A stretch of DNA of 64,000 bases, taken from Rubripirellula sp. GTDB lineage: Bacteria > Planctomycetota > Planctomycetia > Pirellulales > Pirellulaceae. Where the stretch lies: assembly GCA_965216875.1 (NCBI GenBank), contig OZ244207.1, forward strand, positions 384,001 through 448,000. The letters are read 5' to 3'. Below are positions 8,657 to 18,547 of this stretch, piece by piece. Under the pieces are notes generated by a model that was not told where the DNA came from, did no database searches, and worked only from the letters and a program-made list of their open reading frames with translations. The stretch's first letter is position 1, and every line of letters begins with the position of its first letter. The position numbers and the translations under genes were made by a program.

Positions 8657-9910
8657 ATGGCGAATTTTGACGCTGGTTTCTTCAGCAAAGTTCTCGGGGA
8701 CAATGGGGCCGCTCTCACACTTCGCGTCGAGCGTTACCTCCGTGACGCGACGCCCAACGACGCACTTGTCGCTTGCAGCGATCTCGATGTTGAACAATAC
8801 AGCAGCCTTGGTCATTGCAGCTTGAGGCCCACCGAATCTCCGCCGCCCCATTTTTGTCGCTACTGGGGTGGCGAGGACCATGACCAGCTCTTCAGCTCTT
8901 TTGAGCAGGTGGTTTGGGAAGTGGATTGGCAAGATCAAACGCTTCAAGTCGTGAGTGTGCAATGGGAAACCAGTTGCGGTAGCAGCAGTCGCGATTGGAT
9001 TGTTGCTTCCTCAATCGAACTTGCCGAGGCGTTCTTGTTAGATGTCGAGCGAAAGACACATGCACCCGGCGAAGCGATTCTCGTCTTCAAGAACGGCTAC
9101 TGGCGGCGCAGCAGTGCGTTGTTCGAAACGGTTCAGTCGTCTTCATTCGATGATCTCGTCCTCGCCGACGATCTTAAACGCGTTATTCGTCAAGACTTCA
9201 ACCAGTTTCTCAAATCGGAAACGCGTTACAACCAATTGGGGATCGCATGGCGCCGGGGTGCACTGCTAATTGGTCCGCCTGGCAACGGCAAGACTCATTG
9301 TGTCCGCGCGCTGATTAAAGAGCTCGATGTCCCGTGCCTCTACGTGCAAAGCCTTGCTCACAGTCACTACACAAGTGAGCAGATGTGGGACCAAGTGTTT
9401 AGCCGCGCGCGAGGCCTTCGCCCCTGCGTGTTGGTGTTGGAGGACTTTGATTCTCTGGTCGATGACGAGAATCGTTCGTTTTTCCTAAACCAGTTGGACG
9501 GGTTTCAACGCAATCACGGGATGATGATCTTGGCGACGACGAATCATGTCGACCGAATTGATTCATCGATCGTGGATCGTCCCAGTCGATTCGATCGAAA
9601 GTACCATTTTCGCATTCCAACCAAAGCTCAACGCAGCGAATTTTTCTCCGGTTGGCAAAAACGGTTGGCCCAAGAAACGGGCTGGGATGACTCCGATATC
9701 GATCATTTGGCGATGGTGACAGATGGTTTCTCCTTTGCCTATCTCAAAGAACTCGTCGTCAGTTCAGTGATGCAATGGATGCACGATTCGAATGAAGACT
9801 TCTCTGCCGTTGCTTCGGCACAAGCAAGTCTGCTTGGTGCTCAAATGAAGACCGAAGTCGATGCTCCACCCGTCCGCCGCAGACGGCGACGCGACCGAGG
9901 CAGCACGTAG
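8657..9910 (+). CDS. AAA+ ATPase (single AAA module, BCS1-like)
   Basis: GPPGNGKT Walker A, LVLEDFD Walker B, TTNH..RID..DRPSRFDRK second region of homology; start set at ATG 8657. Confidence 0.88.
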   Translation: MANFDAGFFSKVLGDNGAALTLRVERYLRDATPNDALVACSDLDVEQYSSLGHCSLRPTESPPPHFCRYWGGEDHDQLFSSFEQVVWEVDWQDQTLQVVSVQWETSCGSSSRDWIVASSIELAEAFLLDVERKTHAPGEAILVFKNGYWRRSSALFETVQSSSFDDLVLADDLKRVIRQDFNQFLKSETRYNQLGIAWRRGALLIGPPGNGKTHCVRALIKELDVPCLYVQSLAHSHYTSEQMWDQVFSRARGLRPCVLVLEDFDSLVDDENRSFFLNQLDGFQRNHGMMILATTNHVDRIDSSIVDRPSRFDRKYHFRIPTKAQRSEFFSGWQKRLAQETGWDDSDIDHLAMVTDGFSFAYLKELVVSSVMQWMHDSNEDFSAVASAQASLLGAQMKTEVDAPPVRRRRRRDRGST

Positions 9911-10235
9911 GGTGTGTGCTTGCACGCACCATGCTACTGCGGAAAAAACATCGGTCCATGGATAGGCTTGCCCCACGTAGGGTGTGTGCTTGCACGCACC
10001 TCGCGACGAACTGCCGGCTATTGACCCGTGCTTGGCACACTTTGAGTACGCCTGGGATCAGTAGACAAAAAGAAGGTGGACAGAAAGATGAAGGCGGACG
10101 TGCTGGTTGCGACGTCGCTTTGTGGACAAGATCGATTGGCCACGAAAAGCACGAGAAGACACGAAAAGAGCCTCGCAAAAAACCAACGGTCCATGGGCAG
10201 GCTTGCCCTACGTAGGGTGTGTGCTTGCACGCACC
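9906..10235. repeat. Cluster of REP family A (CGTAGGGTGTGTGCTTGCACGCACC) plus A-rich short repeats
   Basis: Identical 25-mers at 9906-9930, 9976-10000 and 10211-10235; GACAAAAAG/GACAGAAAG near 10064-10088; CACGAAAAG-type repeats at 10141-10168. Confidence 0.9.
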
Positions 10236-10242
10236 AAGAGAC

Positions 10243-11589
10243 CTACTTTGGGCTGCCGGGTTGATCGACGTAGACGGGCTCGGGCAGGTTGTCTGGTTTG
10301 CGGATCACGGTGGCTGAGAGGATTCGGTCTGGTGGCAGAACGACCTCGCCCTTCTCTTTCTTCTTGCTCGGGTCAACTCGGCGAAGCGACGAAATCACAT
10401 CCATCCCTTCGATCACTCGGCCGAAGACCGTTTGATGGATGGGGACTTGAGTCATGGGAAGGAACAAGATTGCGAATTGCGAGTTGCCTGAGTTGGGAAC
10501 GAATTTTCCGGTCTTTTCGATCGGCTGCTTGGCCAGCACAAGGGAGCCGCGAAAGGCGTTGCGGGCGTTGGGGTTAGCATGCTCGTCCTTGACGAACGGC
10601 CCCTGAACTTGCAGAGAGGTTCCGTTCCCTTTGTCACCGGTCAGTGCAAGCAGGTTGTCCATCACTTGGTAGAAATCAAGCTCGTCATAGAAACCGGTTT
10701 CGACCAATTTCAGGAAGTGGCTCACCGTTGACGGCGCGCTGTCGAGAAAAAGTTCGACGACAACCTCACCACGCGTGGTGACAAATTTGACCCTTGGCTG
10801 GTTGTCGAGTTCAGCCTCTTTGTCGCGGATCAGTTTCTCTTCGCGGTATTGTTCTTCGAATTTATCGATCTGGTGAAACAGAGCGCGATCAGGTTCATCA
10901 AACTGTTCCTGGTCGAGTGCTTCGTACAGCCGACGCGCGACTTCGAATTCACCCGACACGACCGCCGATCTTGCTGCGGCATGAAACAGGAAGAGTCGTG
11001 GCATGCCGTTCTGGATCAGGCGGGCTCCGCCCTCGGCAGTACTGTAGTTGTAAATGTTCTGTTTCCCGCGATGCTCGATCACGGTCATGATGTACTGGAT
11101 GGCGTCCCTGTCGGGCTTGAATTGCACGACGTCGATGGCAGCCCTGTAGACCTCTTCCATCAGCCGCCGCGATTCGTTGCGGTGTTTGCGGTAGGCCTCT
11201 TTCGCCTGCTTGCTGCGATCAACGTCATTCAAAAAACGAACGTGTAGCGCTCGCTGCTGGCCAAGCGACTCCTCGAGTTGTTTGCGTAGCTCAACGAAGC
11301 GCGCGTCCGCTTTGTCGGCTTCTTCGCGGTACTCTTCCGGCACCACGTAATCCTCAGGAGAAAGCTGTTGGTTTTCGGAAACGCTGACGCTGTCGTCGGC
11401 GAGTTCCGACGGAGGAAGCGGCGCGGATTCGTCGGCCGATTGCGGCAACCCCGTGGTGGGCTTGGTGCCAGCGCGATCAAAAGACGGGTCCTGACTCGAG
11501 CCGTTTTCGGCAAGACCCAAGAGCGTGGCGAGGCAGACGCCCCCGATGAGGTGTAGGGGATGTCGTTTGACGCTGGCGAACAGAGACAT
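10243..11589 (-). CDS. Exported cyclophilin-fold protein with N-terminal helical/TPR-like region
   Basis: TTRGEVVVELF.DSAP.TV..FL.LV..GFYD, NSGNSQF, TVFGRVIEGMDV; signal-like N-terminus. Confidence 0.85.
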   Translation of the reverse strand: MSLFASVKRHPLHLIGGVCLATLLGLAENGSSQDPSFDRAGTKPTTGLPQSADESAPLPPSELADDSVSVSENQQLSPEDYVVPEEYREEADKADARFVELRKQLEESLGQQRALHVRFLNDVDRSKQAKEAYRKHRNESRRLMEEVYRAAIDVVQFKPDRDAIQYIMTVIEHRGKQNIYNYSTAEGGARLIQNGMPRLFLFHAAARSAVVSGEFEVARRLYEALDQEQFDEPDRALFHQIDKFEEQYREEKLIRDKEAELDNQPRVKFVTTRGEVVVELFLDSAPSTVSHFLKLVETGFYDELDFYQVMDNLLALTGDKGNGTSLQVQGPFVKDEHANPNARNAFRGSLVLAKQPIEKTGKFVPNSGNSQFAILFLPMTQVPIHQTVFGRVIEGMDVISSLRRVDPSKKKEKGEVVLPPDRILSATVIRKPDNLPEPVYVDQPGSPK

Positions 11590-11757
11590 GGAAAGGGAAC
11601 CTGGGGCAAAAACAGGGACGGGCCATCGGGAAAAAAGACCCAACTCGACTGCTACGCAGCGAGGAAGCGATCGGTTTTCCACCTGCGGGCAATCTCGCCA
11701 AGAAAGTGACAATCAAGGTCCTTCTCGGCTCTGGAGGGCACTTTATACTAGGGCCTC

Positions 11758-12444
11758 ATGAACGGAAAACGTAGCAAAAAAGGAAAGGCGACGCCCGCAA
11801 AACTGCGGGTCATTGGTGGCGATCTGCGCGGTCGCCCGATCGAATACCACGGCGAGGAATTCACTCGCCCGATGAAAGACAATATCCGCGAAAACCTATT
11901 CAATATTCTTGGTCGCGCGGTTCGCGGGGCACGTTGCTTTGACCTTTTCGCGGGCACGGGGGCTCTTGCGATTGAGTCGATTTCGCGGGGAGCCATTGCC
12001 TCGATTGCCGTCGAACGCAACCGCATGGCTAGTCGCGTGATCGCGAAAAATGCAGACCGCTTGCCTCTCGGCGACAAGCTGCAGGTCTTGACCGGCGATA
12101 CCTTTCAAATCGGGCCGCAATTGCTCGCCCCGCCGACCGATGACACGCCGTGGATCGTCTACCTTTGCCCTCCCTACGTGCTGTGGGAAGAATCGCTTGA
12201 TCCACTTTGCAAATTGATTCAGCTAACGCTCGACAACGCTCCTCCAGGCAGCGTTTTGGTTGCCGAGACCGAAAAGCGTTTTGATCACGACCGATTGCCT
12301 GCTGGCGATTGGGATCTCCGCGAATATGGTGGTACGCGACTCGCATTCATCGAGCCAGCGATGCGATGCGGGCTTGAGCTCGACGCGTGTGACACCATCG
12401 ACTTCGCGACCGACCAATCCGATCACGAATCCCACCTCGACTAA
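11758..12444 (+). CDS. rsmD: RsmD family RNA methyltransferase
   Basis: LRVIGGDLRGR, TRP..D.IRENLFNIL, DLFAGTGALAIESISRGA. Confidence 0.88.
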   Translation: MNGKRSKKGKATPAKLRVIGGDLRGRPIEYHGEEFTRPMKDNIRENLFNILGRAVRGARCFDLFAGTGALAIESISRGAIASIAVERNRMASRVIAKNADRLPLGDKLQVLTGDTFQIGPQLLAPPTDDTPWIVYLCPPYVLWEESLDPLCKLIQLTLDNAPPGSVLVAETEKRFDHDRLPAGDWDLREYGGTRLAFIEPAMRCGLELDACDTIDFATDQSDHESHLD

Positions 12445-12477
12445 CCCGCCTTCCCTTTTCCCGCCTGGACCAAAACC

Positions 12478-14568
12478 ATGAAGAACGCTGCGTTTGCAGT
12501 CGGCGTCATCGTTGCGCTTGCACTTCTTTCTCACTCACGAACGTTTGCTGACCAACCATCCGTCGACGCCGACGTCGTGATCTATGGGAACACGTCCGCC
12601 GGCGTGATCACTGCTGTGCAAGTTGCCAAGATGAATCGGTCCGTCATCCTGGTTGGCCCGGACAAACACCTCGGTGGCCTTTCCTCAGGCGGTCTCGGTT
12701 GGACGGACTCAGGCAAGAAAGAAACCATCGGTGGGCTCGCTCGCGATTTCTACCACCGCGTTTGGAAGCACTACGACCGATCGGACGCGTGGCGTTGGCA
12801 AAAGAAAGAAGCGTATGGCAATCGTGGCCAGGGGACAGCAGCGATCGACAAGGACCAACGGACGATGTGGATTTTCGAGCCCCATGTTGCCGAGACGATT
12901 TTTGAAGACTTGATCCGCGAAAACGAGATCACGCTCTTTCGCGACCAATGGCTCGATCGTGATTCGGGTGTCACCAAATCGGACGGTCGCATTCGCGAAA
13001 TTCGCATGCTTAGCGGCAAAGCGTTTCGCGCCAAAATGTTCATCGATGCAACGTACGAAGGTGACCTGCTTGCTGCTGCGGGAATCGACTACCACGTCGG
13101 ACGCGAAGGAAAGGATGTCTACGGCGAACGCTGGAACGGAGTGCAGGTGGGTGTGCTGCACCACAAGCATTGGTTTCAAGCCCCGGTCAGTGCCTATGTG
13201 GTTCCCGGTGATCCGACCAGCGGAGTGTTACCCAAAATCTCGACCGAACCACCTGGAACGAAAGGCGAAAGTGACAAACGTGTTCAAGCCTATTGTTTTC
13301 GCATGTGCCTAACGAACGTTGACGAGAACCGCGTGCCGTTTGCGAAGCCTGATGGCTACGATCCTGCACAGTACGAATTGTTGCGCCGCGTCTTTGCCTC
13401 GGGGTGGCGGGAGGTTTTTAACAAGTTCGACCCCATCCCCAATGGCAAGACCGACACAAACAACCACGGTCCGTTTAGCACCGACAATATCGGAATGAAC
13501 TACGACTATCCCGACGGCAGCTACGAGCGCCGCAAGGAAATCATCGCCGAGCACCGTCAGTACCAGCAGGGTTTGATGTACTTCTTGGCCAACGATCCAA
13601 GCGTTCCCGAAGACATCCGCAGCAAGATGATTACCTGGGGATTGTCAAAGGACGAGTTCAAGGACAATGGGAATTGGCCGCACCAGATTTATGTTCGCGA
13701 AGCCCGTCGCATGGTGGGTAAGCATGTGATGACCGAACACGATTGCATGGGAGCTCGCGAGGTGACCGACTCGGTTGGCATGGGCTCTTACACGCTCGAC
13801 TCGCACAATGTTCAACGTTACATCAAACCTGATGGTACCGTTCAAAACGAAGGCGACATCGGTGTGCATCCCGGCCGTCCCTATCGCATCTCGTACGCGA
13901 GTTTGGTCCCCAAGAAACAGCAGTGCGAGAACCTTTTGGTCCCGGTTTGCCTGTCGAGTTCGCACATCGCATTCGGATCGATTCGCATGGAGCCTGTGTT
14001 CATGATTCTAGGTCAATCGGCGGCGACGGCAGCGGTGATGTCGATCGAACAAGAGATCGCAGTTCAAGACCTCCAATACAACGCTCTCTCAAAGCGATTA
14101 AAAGCGGACAAGCAAGTGCTGGTCTACGACGGCCCGGCCGTTTCGCATGGCGGCATTGATCCCCGGGAACTCGAGGGCATCGTGCTCGATGATCGCAAAG
14201 CCAAGAAGACAGGAACGTGGTCGGAAAGTCACGCCGTTGGGCCGTTTGTCGGTTCGGGCTATTTGCACGATGGTGACCAAGACAAGGGGAAGTCGGCGAT
14301 TCAATGGACCGTCGAACTTCCCAAGGCAGGACGTTACGAAGTGCGAGTAGCCTACTCGCCGAACCAAAATCGCGCCGCTGCCGTGAAGGTCTCGGTCGGT
14401 GATTCAGGCGTTGCGATCAACCAACGCAAGAAACCCGCAATCGACGGCCTTTGGCATTCGTTGGGCGTTTTCGAGTTGAGTGATTCGGTGACCATTCGAA
14501 TCAGCAACCAAGGGACCACCGGGCATGTGATCGCAGACGCGGTCCAGCTGATTCCTCGCGGGCAATGA
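12478..14568 (+). CDS. Exported FAD-dependent oxidoreductase with C-terminal beta-sandwich (xanthan-lyase/Golvesin-like) domain
   Basis: DVVIYGNTSAG, FIDATYEGDL, YVREARR, SHIAFGSIRMEP, C-terminal VIADAVQ. Confidence 0.85.
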   Translation: MKNAAFAVGVIVALALLSHSRTFADQPSVDADVVIYGNTSAGVITAVQVAKMNRSVILVGPDKHLGGLSSGGLGWTDSGKKETIGGLARDFYHRVWKHYDRSDAWRWQKKEAYGNRGQGTAAIDKDQRTMWIFEPHVAETIFEDLIRENEITLFRDQWLDRDSGVTKSDGRIREIRMLSGKAFRAKMFIDATYEGDLLAAAGIDYHVGREGKDVYGERWNGVQVGVLHHKHWFQAPVSAYVVPGDPTSGVLPKISTEPPGTKGESDKRVQAYCFRMCLTNVDENRVPFAKPDGYDPAQYELLRRVFASGWREVFNKFDPIPNGKTDTNNHGPFSTDNIGMNYDYPDGSYERRKEIIAEHRQYQQGLMYFLANDPSVPEDIRSKMITWGLSKDEFKDNGNWPHQIYVREARRMVGKHVMTEHDCMGAREVTDSVGMGSYTLDSHNVQRYIKPDGTVQNEGDIGVHPGRPYRISYASLVPKKQQCENLLVPVCLSSSHIAFGSIRMEPVFMILGQSAATAAVMSIEQEIAVQDLQYNALSKRLKADKQVLVYDGPAVSHGGIDPRELEGIVLDDRKAKKTGTWSESHAVGPFVGSGYLHDGDQDKGKSAIQWTVELPKAGRYEVRVAYSPNQNRAAAVKVSVGDSGVAINQRKKPAIDGLWHSLGVFELSDSVTIRISNQGTTGHVIADAVQLIPRGQ

Positions 14569-14593
14569 GGATTGTGAGCGGCAAGACGCTAGC

Positions 14594-14829
14594 CGCTCAG
14601 GAAGATTGGTGCGTGCAAGCACACACCCTACGAAATTCGGTAGTGCCTGTGAGCCGCTGGCCGTGAGGCCTCGGGCCCTTGCCGACTGGATCGGCGATCG
14701 CTCAGGAAGATTGGTGCGTGCAAGCACACACCCTACGAAATTCGGTAGTGGCCGTGAGTCCTCGGGCCCTTGCCCATCGGATCGGCGATCGCTCAGGAAG
14801 ATTGGTGCGTGCAAGCACACACCCTACGA
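14594..14829. repeat. Tandem array of three REP family A copies (reverse orientation) in ~105- and ~91-bp units
   Basis: CGCTCAGGAAGATTGGTGCGTGCAAGCACACACCCTACGA occurs three times with near-identical linkers. Confidence 0.9.
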
Positions 14830-16614
14830 TTGTCCGAGTGATTCGGCGAAGGCGGCTTTGAGTTTTTCGAGGGCTTCGGCGCCTTTGGAGGCGTCGATGA
14901 CGGCGTTCACTTGCAACTCACTGGTGTTGATCATTTCGACATTGATGTTGCAAGCGGCCAGTTGTTCGAAAAGCAGCGTTGCGACATGGGTGTGACTGCG
15001 AAGGCCAATTCCGCTGACCGTCACTTTGGTGATGTCGCCTGCACCTTGAACATCGCGCATGCCATGTTTGGATTGGATTTCTTTGCCAACCGCAACGCTT
15101 TGATCCAGGTCGTCTGCATTGACCGTGAAGCTGACGCTGGTGGAACCGTCTTCGCCATCGTAGCCTTGGACAATCATGTCCACAAAGATGTCCGCTTGCC
15201 CAATCGTTTCGAACATGTCTGCGGCGATGCCCGGATGATCGGGCACGCCATGTAAGGTGACGCGAGCTTGTCCCTCGGTAAGTGAAATGCCGGTCAAGGT
15301 AAGGGCTTCGAGTTCGTCGTCTCGCAGTCGCGCGACCAACGTTTCGACGTCCGCCTTTTCGCGGTCGGCTTTGATCTCGCTCCACGATTTGGCATCATCT
15401 GGACGCTGGTGAAGCGAAAAGGCTTCGTGAACGGCACGCAACGCATCGGCAGCTTGATCGCGCGGCACGAGTGCTGACGTTTTGATTTCGCTTGTCGTGA
15501 TCATTTGAATGTTCACGTTGGCATCGGCAAGTGCGCGAAACATCTGCGAGGCGACGGCGGTCTGGGTGGCCATGTTCAAGCCAACCGCCGACACTTTGGA
15601 GACTTGGTCATCATGCGTGATGCCTTGCGCGCCAACTTCTTCCATCACCGCTTCGACGGCCGCAATCGTCGTCTCGAGTTCGGCACTTGGCACGGTGAAC
15701 GAAACATCGGCGCGCCCTTCGTTTCCGACGTTTTGCACGACCATGTCGACAGCGATCTTGCGTTTGGCGATTGCTGAGAAAATCTGCAAGCTCTTACCCG
15801 GGACGTCTGGCACGCCAAGGACGGTGACGCGAGCTTCATCGGGAGTAAGTGCCGCGCCGCTGACCGGTTGGGTCGACGATTCCGCTTCGGCAACAATCAT
15901 CGTCCCTTCGGTGTCCGAAAAGCTGCTGCGAACATGGATCGGCACACCGAACTTTTTGGCGAATTCGATCGAACGGCTGTGCATCACACCCGCTCCGAGG
16001 CTGGCCAGTTCAAGCATCTCGTCGTAACTGATGACTTCGACGCGACGGGCTTCGGGCAACTTGCGCGGGTCGGTTGTGTAGACGCCGTCCACATCGGTGT
16101 AGATTTCACAGGCATCGGCACCCAAAACAGCGGCCAAGGCGACGGCGGTTGTGTCGCTGCCACCGCGACCGAGTGTGGTGATGTTCAAATCGTCGTCGAT
16201 ACCTTGGAATCCTGCGGCAACCACGATGTTGCCTTCTTCGAGTAGCCGTTCGATCCGTTCGGTGCTGATCGATTGGATGCGTGCCTTGGAAAAGCTATTG
16301 TCGGTCTTCATGCCGATTTGACCGCCAGTCAGACTGACCGCTTTGGCGCCCAGGTCGTGGATCGCCATGGCAACCAGTGCAACACTGACTTGTTCGCCGG
16401 TGCTTAGCAGCATGTCCATTTCGCGAGCCGACGGTTTTTCGCATACGTCGCTTGCCAAGCCGAGCAACAGGTCGGTGTTTTTGCCCATTGCGCTGACAAC
16501 CATCACGACTTGATGACCTTGGCGCTGAGCGCGAATCGCTTTGCGTGCGGCGGCTCGAATCTTTTCCACATCGGCAACGCTGGTGCCGCCGAACTTTTGA
16601 ACAATCAGAGACAT
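14824..16614 (-). CDS. lysC: Aspartate kinase with two pairs of ACT domains
   Basis: VQKFGGTSV, TTLGRGGSDTTA, YTDVDGVYT.DP; duplicated GVPD.PG ACT modules. Confidence 0.95.
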   Translation of the reverse strand: MSLIVQKFGGTSVADVEKIRAAARKAIRAQRQGHQVVMVVSAMGKNTDLLLGLASDVCEKPSAREMDMLLSTGEQVSVALVAMAIHDLGAKAVSLTGGQIGMKTDNSFSKARIQSISTERIERLLEEGNIVVAAGFQGIDDDLNITTLGRGGSDTTAVALAAVLGADACEIYTDVDGVYTTDPRKLPEARRVEVISYDEMLELASLGAGVMHSRSIEFAKKFGVPIHVRSSFSDTEGTMIVAEAESSTQPVSGAALTPDEARVTVLGVPDVPGKSLQIFSAIAKRKIAVDMVVQNVGNEGRADVSFTVPSAELETTIAAVEAVMEEVGAQGITHDDQVSKVSAVGLNMATQTAVASQMFRALADANVNIQMITTSEIKTSALVPRDQAADALRAVHEAFSLHQRPDDAKSWSEIKADREKADVETLVARLRDDELEALTLTGISLTEGQARVTLHGVPDHPGIAADMFETIGQADIFVDMIVQGYDGEDGSTSVSFTVNADDLDQSVAVGKEIQSKHGMRDVQGAGDITKVTVSGIGLRSHTHVATLLFEQLAACNINVEMINTSELQVNAVIDASKGAEALEKLKAAFAESLGQS

Positions 16615-16690
16615 TGAATTTCTAGGTACGACAAATCGGAATCAATAAACTGGAATCGGTGCGTTCAATAGACGAAGGCTTCGAGAGCCA

Positions 16691-17911
16691 TCATCCTTTG
16701 ATGAACGCGTCCATCAAGTCCCATCCATGATCAAAACGACGACCGCTCGCTTCGGCGGCGACCTCGTCGTAAGTCTCCTGCGAGTCGGTCTCGACGCCCG
16801 TGCCATTGATCACCAGCGGAACCATGCCGTGGCTGTGTTTTTTGGTGCTGCAGCGTGTTGGATGGTCTGGGGTCACCAGAATCCGGTGATCACCATGTTG
16901 TTTGAGCGCCTCGGTCAAGGGCACGACGATGTGCTTTTCAATCTCTTCGAGCGCTTCGATCTTGGCGTCGTGTCGGCCTTCGTGGGAAGCTTCGTCAGGC
17001 GCTTCGATGTGAATGCAAACAACGTCATAGTCGTTGAGGGCTTCGACGGCGGCGCGTCCTTTGGCGGCATAGTCGGTGTCGAGGTAGCCGGTGGCACCTT
17101 CGACTTCGATTCGTGGCCAGCCAACCAGTGCACCGATCCCTCGCAGCAGGTCGACCGCCGTAATCATCACGCCGCGAACGCCATAACGTTCTTCGAACGA
17201 CGGAAGATTGGGAGCGCCGCCGAGACCCCAAAGCCACAAATTGGTGACCGGGCGCTTGCCGTCGGCGATTCGTTTTTGGTTGACGGGATGGTTGGCAAAC
17301 AGCTCGGCCGATTCGCTCATCAGACGGACCAGCGTGTCACTGCCAGGACCACGTGGGAAATCATCACTGACACTCAGGTCGGTGAGATCGTGCGGGGCCG
17401 AGGTGCGAGTTTCTTTGGAAAAGGGTGCTGGGGTCGATGCGTCGCCGCGATAGATCAAGAGGTTGCGATAGCTGACGCCAGGGACGAACTCCATGCGAGA
17501 ATCGATCGGGCCATCGCCGAGCAATTCTTGCTGGGCCGCTTCCAGGAGTGCTTTGCCTTCCTCGCTGGTGACGTGATCGGCGGTAAAGTCGACCATGATC
17601 TGGTCTTGAATCGTTACCAGATTGCATCGGACCGCCCAATCGTGAGGGCCAAGGGTGACGCCTTGTGCGGCAGCTTCGAGCGGCGCGCGTCCGGTGAAAT
17701 AGACGTCCGGGTCGTAGCCGAGCAGGCACAGGTTCGCAACTTCGCTGCCAGCGGGAAGGTGGTCGGGCGTGTTGTTGGCTGCAGCAACCATGCCGCCTTT
17801 GGCCAGGGCATCGAGTGCCGGCAAATTGGCTGCCTGGAGCGGAGTCTTACCACCGAGTTCTTCAATGGGATCGTCGGCGCACCCGTCGGGGATGACGATT
17901 ACGTATTTCAT
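16691..17911 (-). CDS. apgM: ApgM-type cofactor-independent phosphoglycerate mutase (possible homoserine kinase)
   Basis: IPDGCAD, GKTPLQAA, GSEVANL, GRAPLEAA, PDEASHEG, TPDHPT. Confidence 0.85.
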   Translation of the reverse strand: MKYVIVIPDGCADDPIEELGGKTPLQAANLPALDALAKGGMVAAANNTPDHLPAGSEVANLCLLGYDPDVYFTGRAPLEAAAQGVTLGPHDWAVRCNLVTIQDQIMVDFTADHVTSEEGKALLEAAQQELLGDGPIDSRMEFVPGVSYRNLLIYRGDASTPAPFSKETRTSAPHDLTDLSVSDDFPRGPGSDTLVRLMSESAELFANHPVNQKRIADGKRPVTNLWLWGLGGAPNLPSFEERYGVRGVMITAVDLLRGIGALVGWPRIEVEGATGYLDTDYAAKGRAAVEALNDYDVVCIHIEAPDEASHEGRHDAKIEALEEIEKHIVVPLTEALKQHGDHRILVTPDHPTRCSTKKHSHGMVPLVINGTGVETDSQETYDEVAAEASGRRFDHGWDLMDAFIKG

Positions 17912-18260
17912 TTTGAGTCCTTCTTGCCCCTTCATTTGTTTGTAGTTCCGCCCAAAAAGGGGCGGGAATCTGGTCAAAGCCAGTACTACGAACGGGCGCA
18001 AACGTACATTCGATTCTCTCGAGGAGGTCTCCAGTGTCTCCGTCGATCGGCAAACACGAAAGGGGACGTCATCGGCGGGAAAACCGGTGTATTCCGACTA
18101 TCTGGCGCGACCGGGGCTCGATTGCGGGTCGACCGACGCTTGCTTCCGCTACAGCGGGGGAAGATTCGATTCGCGACCTAGGTTTCATCAGTTGTCGTTT
18201 CACCGCGTCGCCAGGCCATCGGCACCGCCGCGGCTGCCGTATTTTATTGCCATCGCCATC

Positions 18261-18482
18261 ATGCGTTTCGCGCTCGTTATGACCGTCGTCATCGTCGCCC
18301 TCGGTTCCGCCGGGAGGTTGATGTACGAGGGAGTGTTTGTGGGGCGGTTGGCACCGAAAGAAGCTCGCTCGGGATGCTGTTCGGGACGCTTCCGCTCGAC
18401 GGCCGAAAGCTGCGAGAGCAAAGAAACGCGATCCGACGCGGGGAAACCGAGCGAAGTCATCAATAACCCCTTCGCACAATAG
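18261..18482 (+). CDS. Small hypothetical membrane-anchored protein
   Basis: MRFALVMTVVIVALG hydrophobic start; co-oriented just upstream of the acyltransferase. Confidence 0.45.
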   Translation: MRFALVMTVVIVALGSAGRLMYEGVFVGRLAPKEARSGCCSGRFRSTAESCESKETRSDAGKPSEVINNPFAQ

Positions 18483-18547
18483 ACATCCAAGCTGTTCGGG
18501 CGAGCCCAAAGTCTGGTCAAGCTCCGAATCCATCAAACGACCCATTG

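Noticed and set aside
9906..10235. CRISPR-like 25-bp repeats
   Set aside because: Spacing is irregular (70 and 235 bp) and it is the same REP family as at 14.6 kb.
14594..14829. CRISPR-like triple repeat
   Set aside because: The spacers are near-copies of each other, the repeat is a dispersed GTAG REP, and there are no cas genes.
16727..18181. 484-aa plus-strand ORF
   Set aside because: Antisense shadow of apgM with no recognisable motifs.
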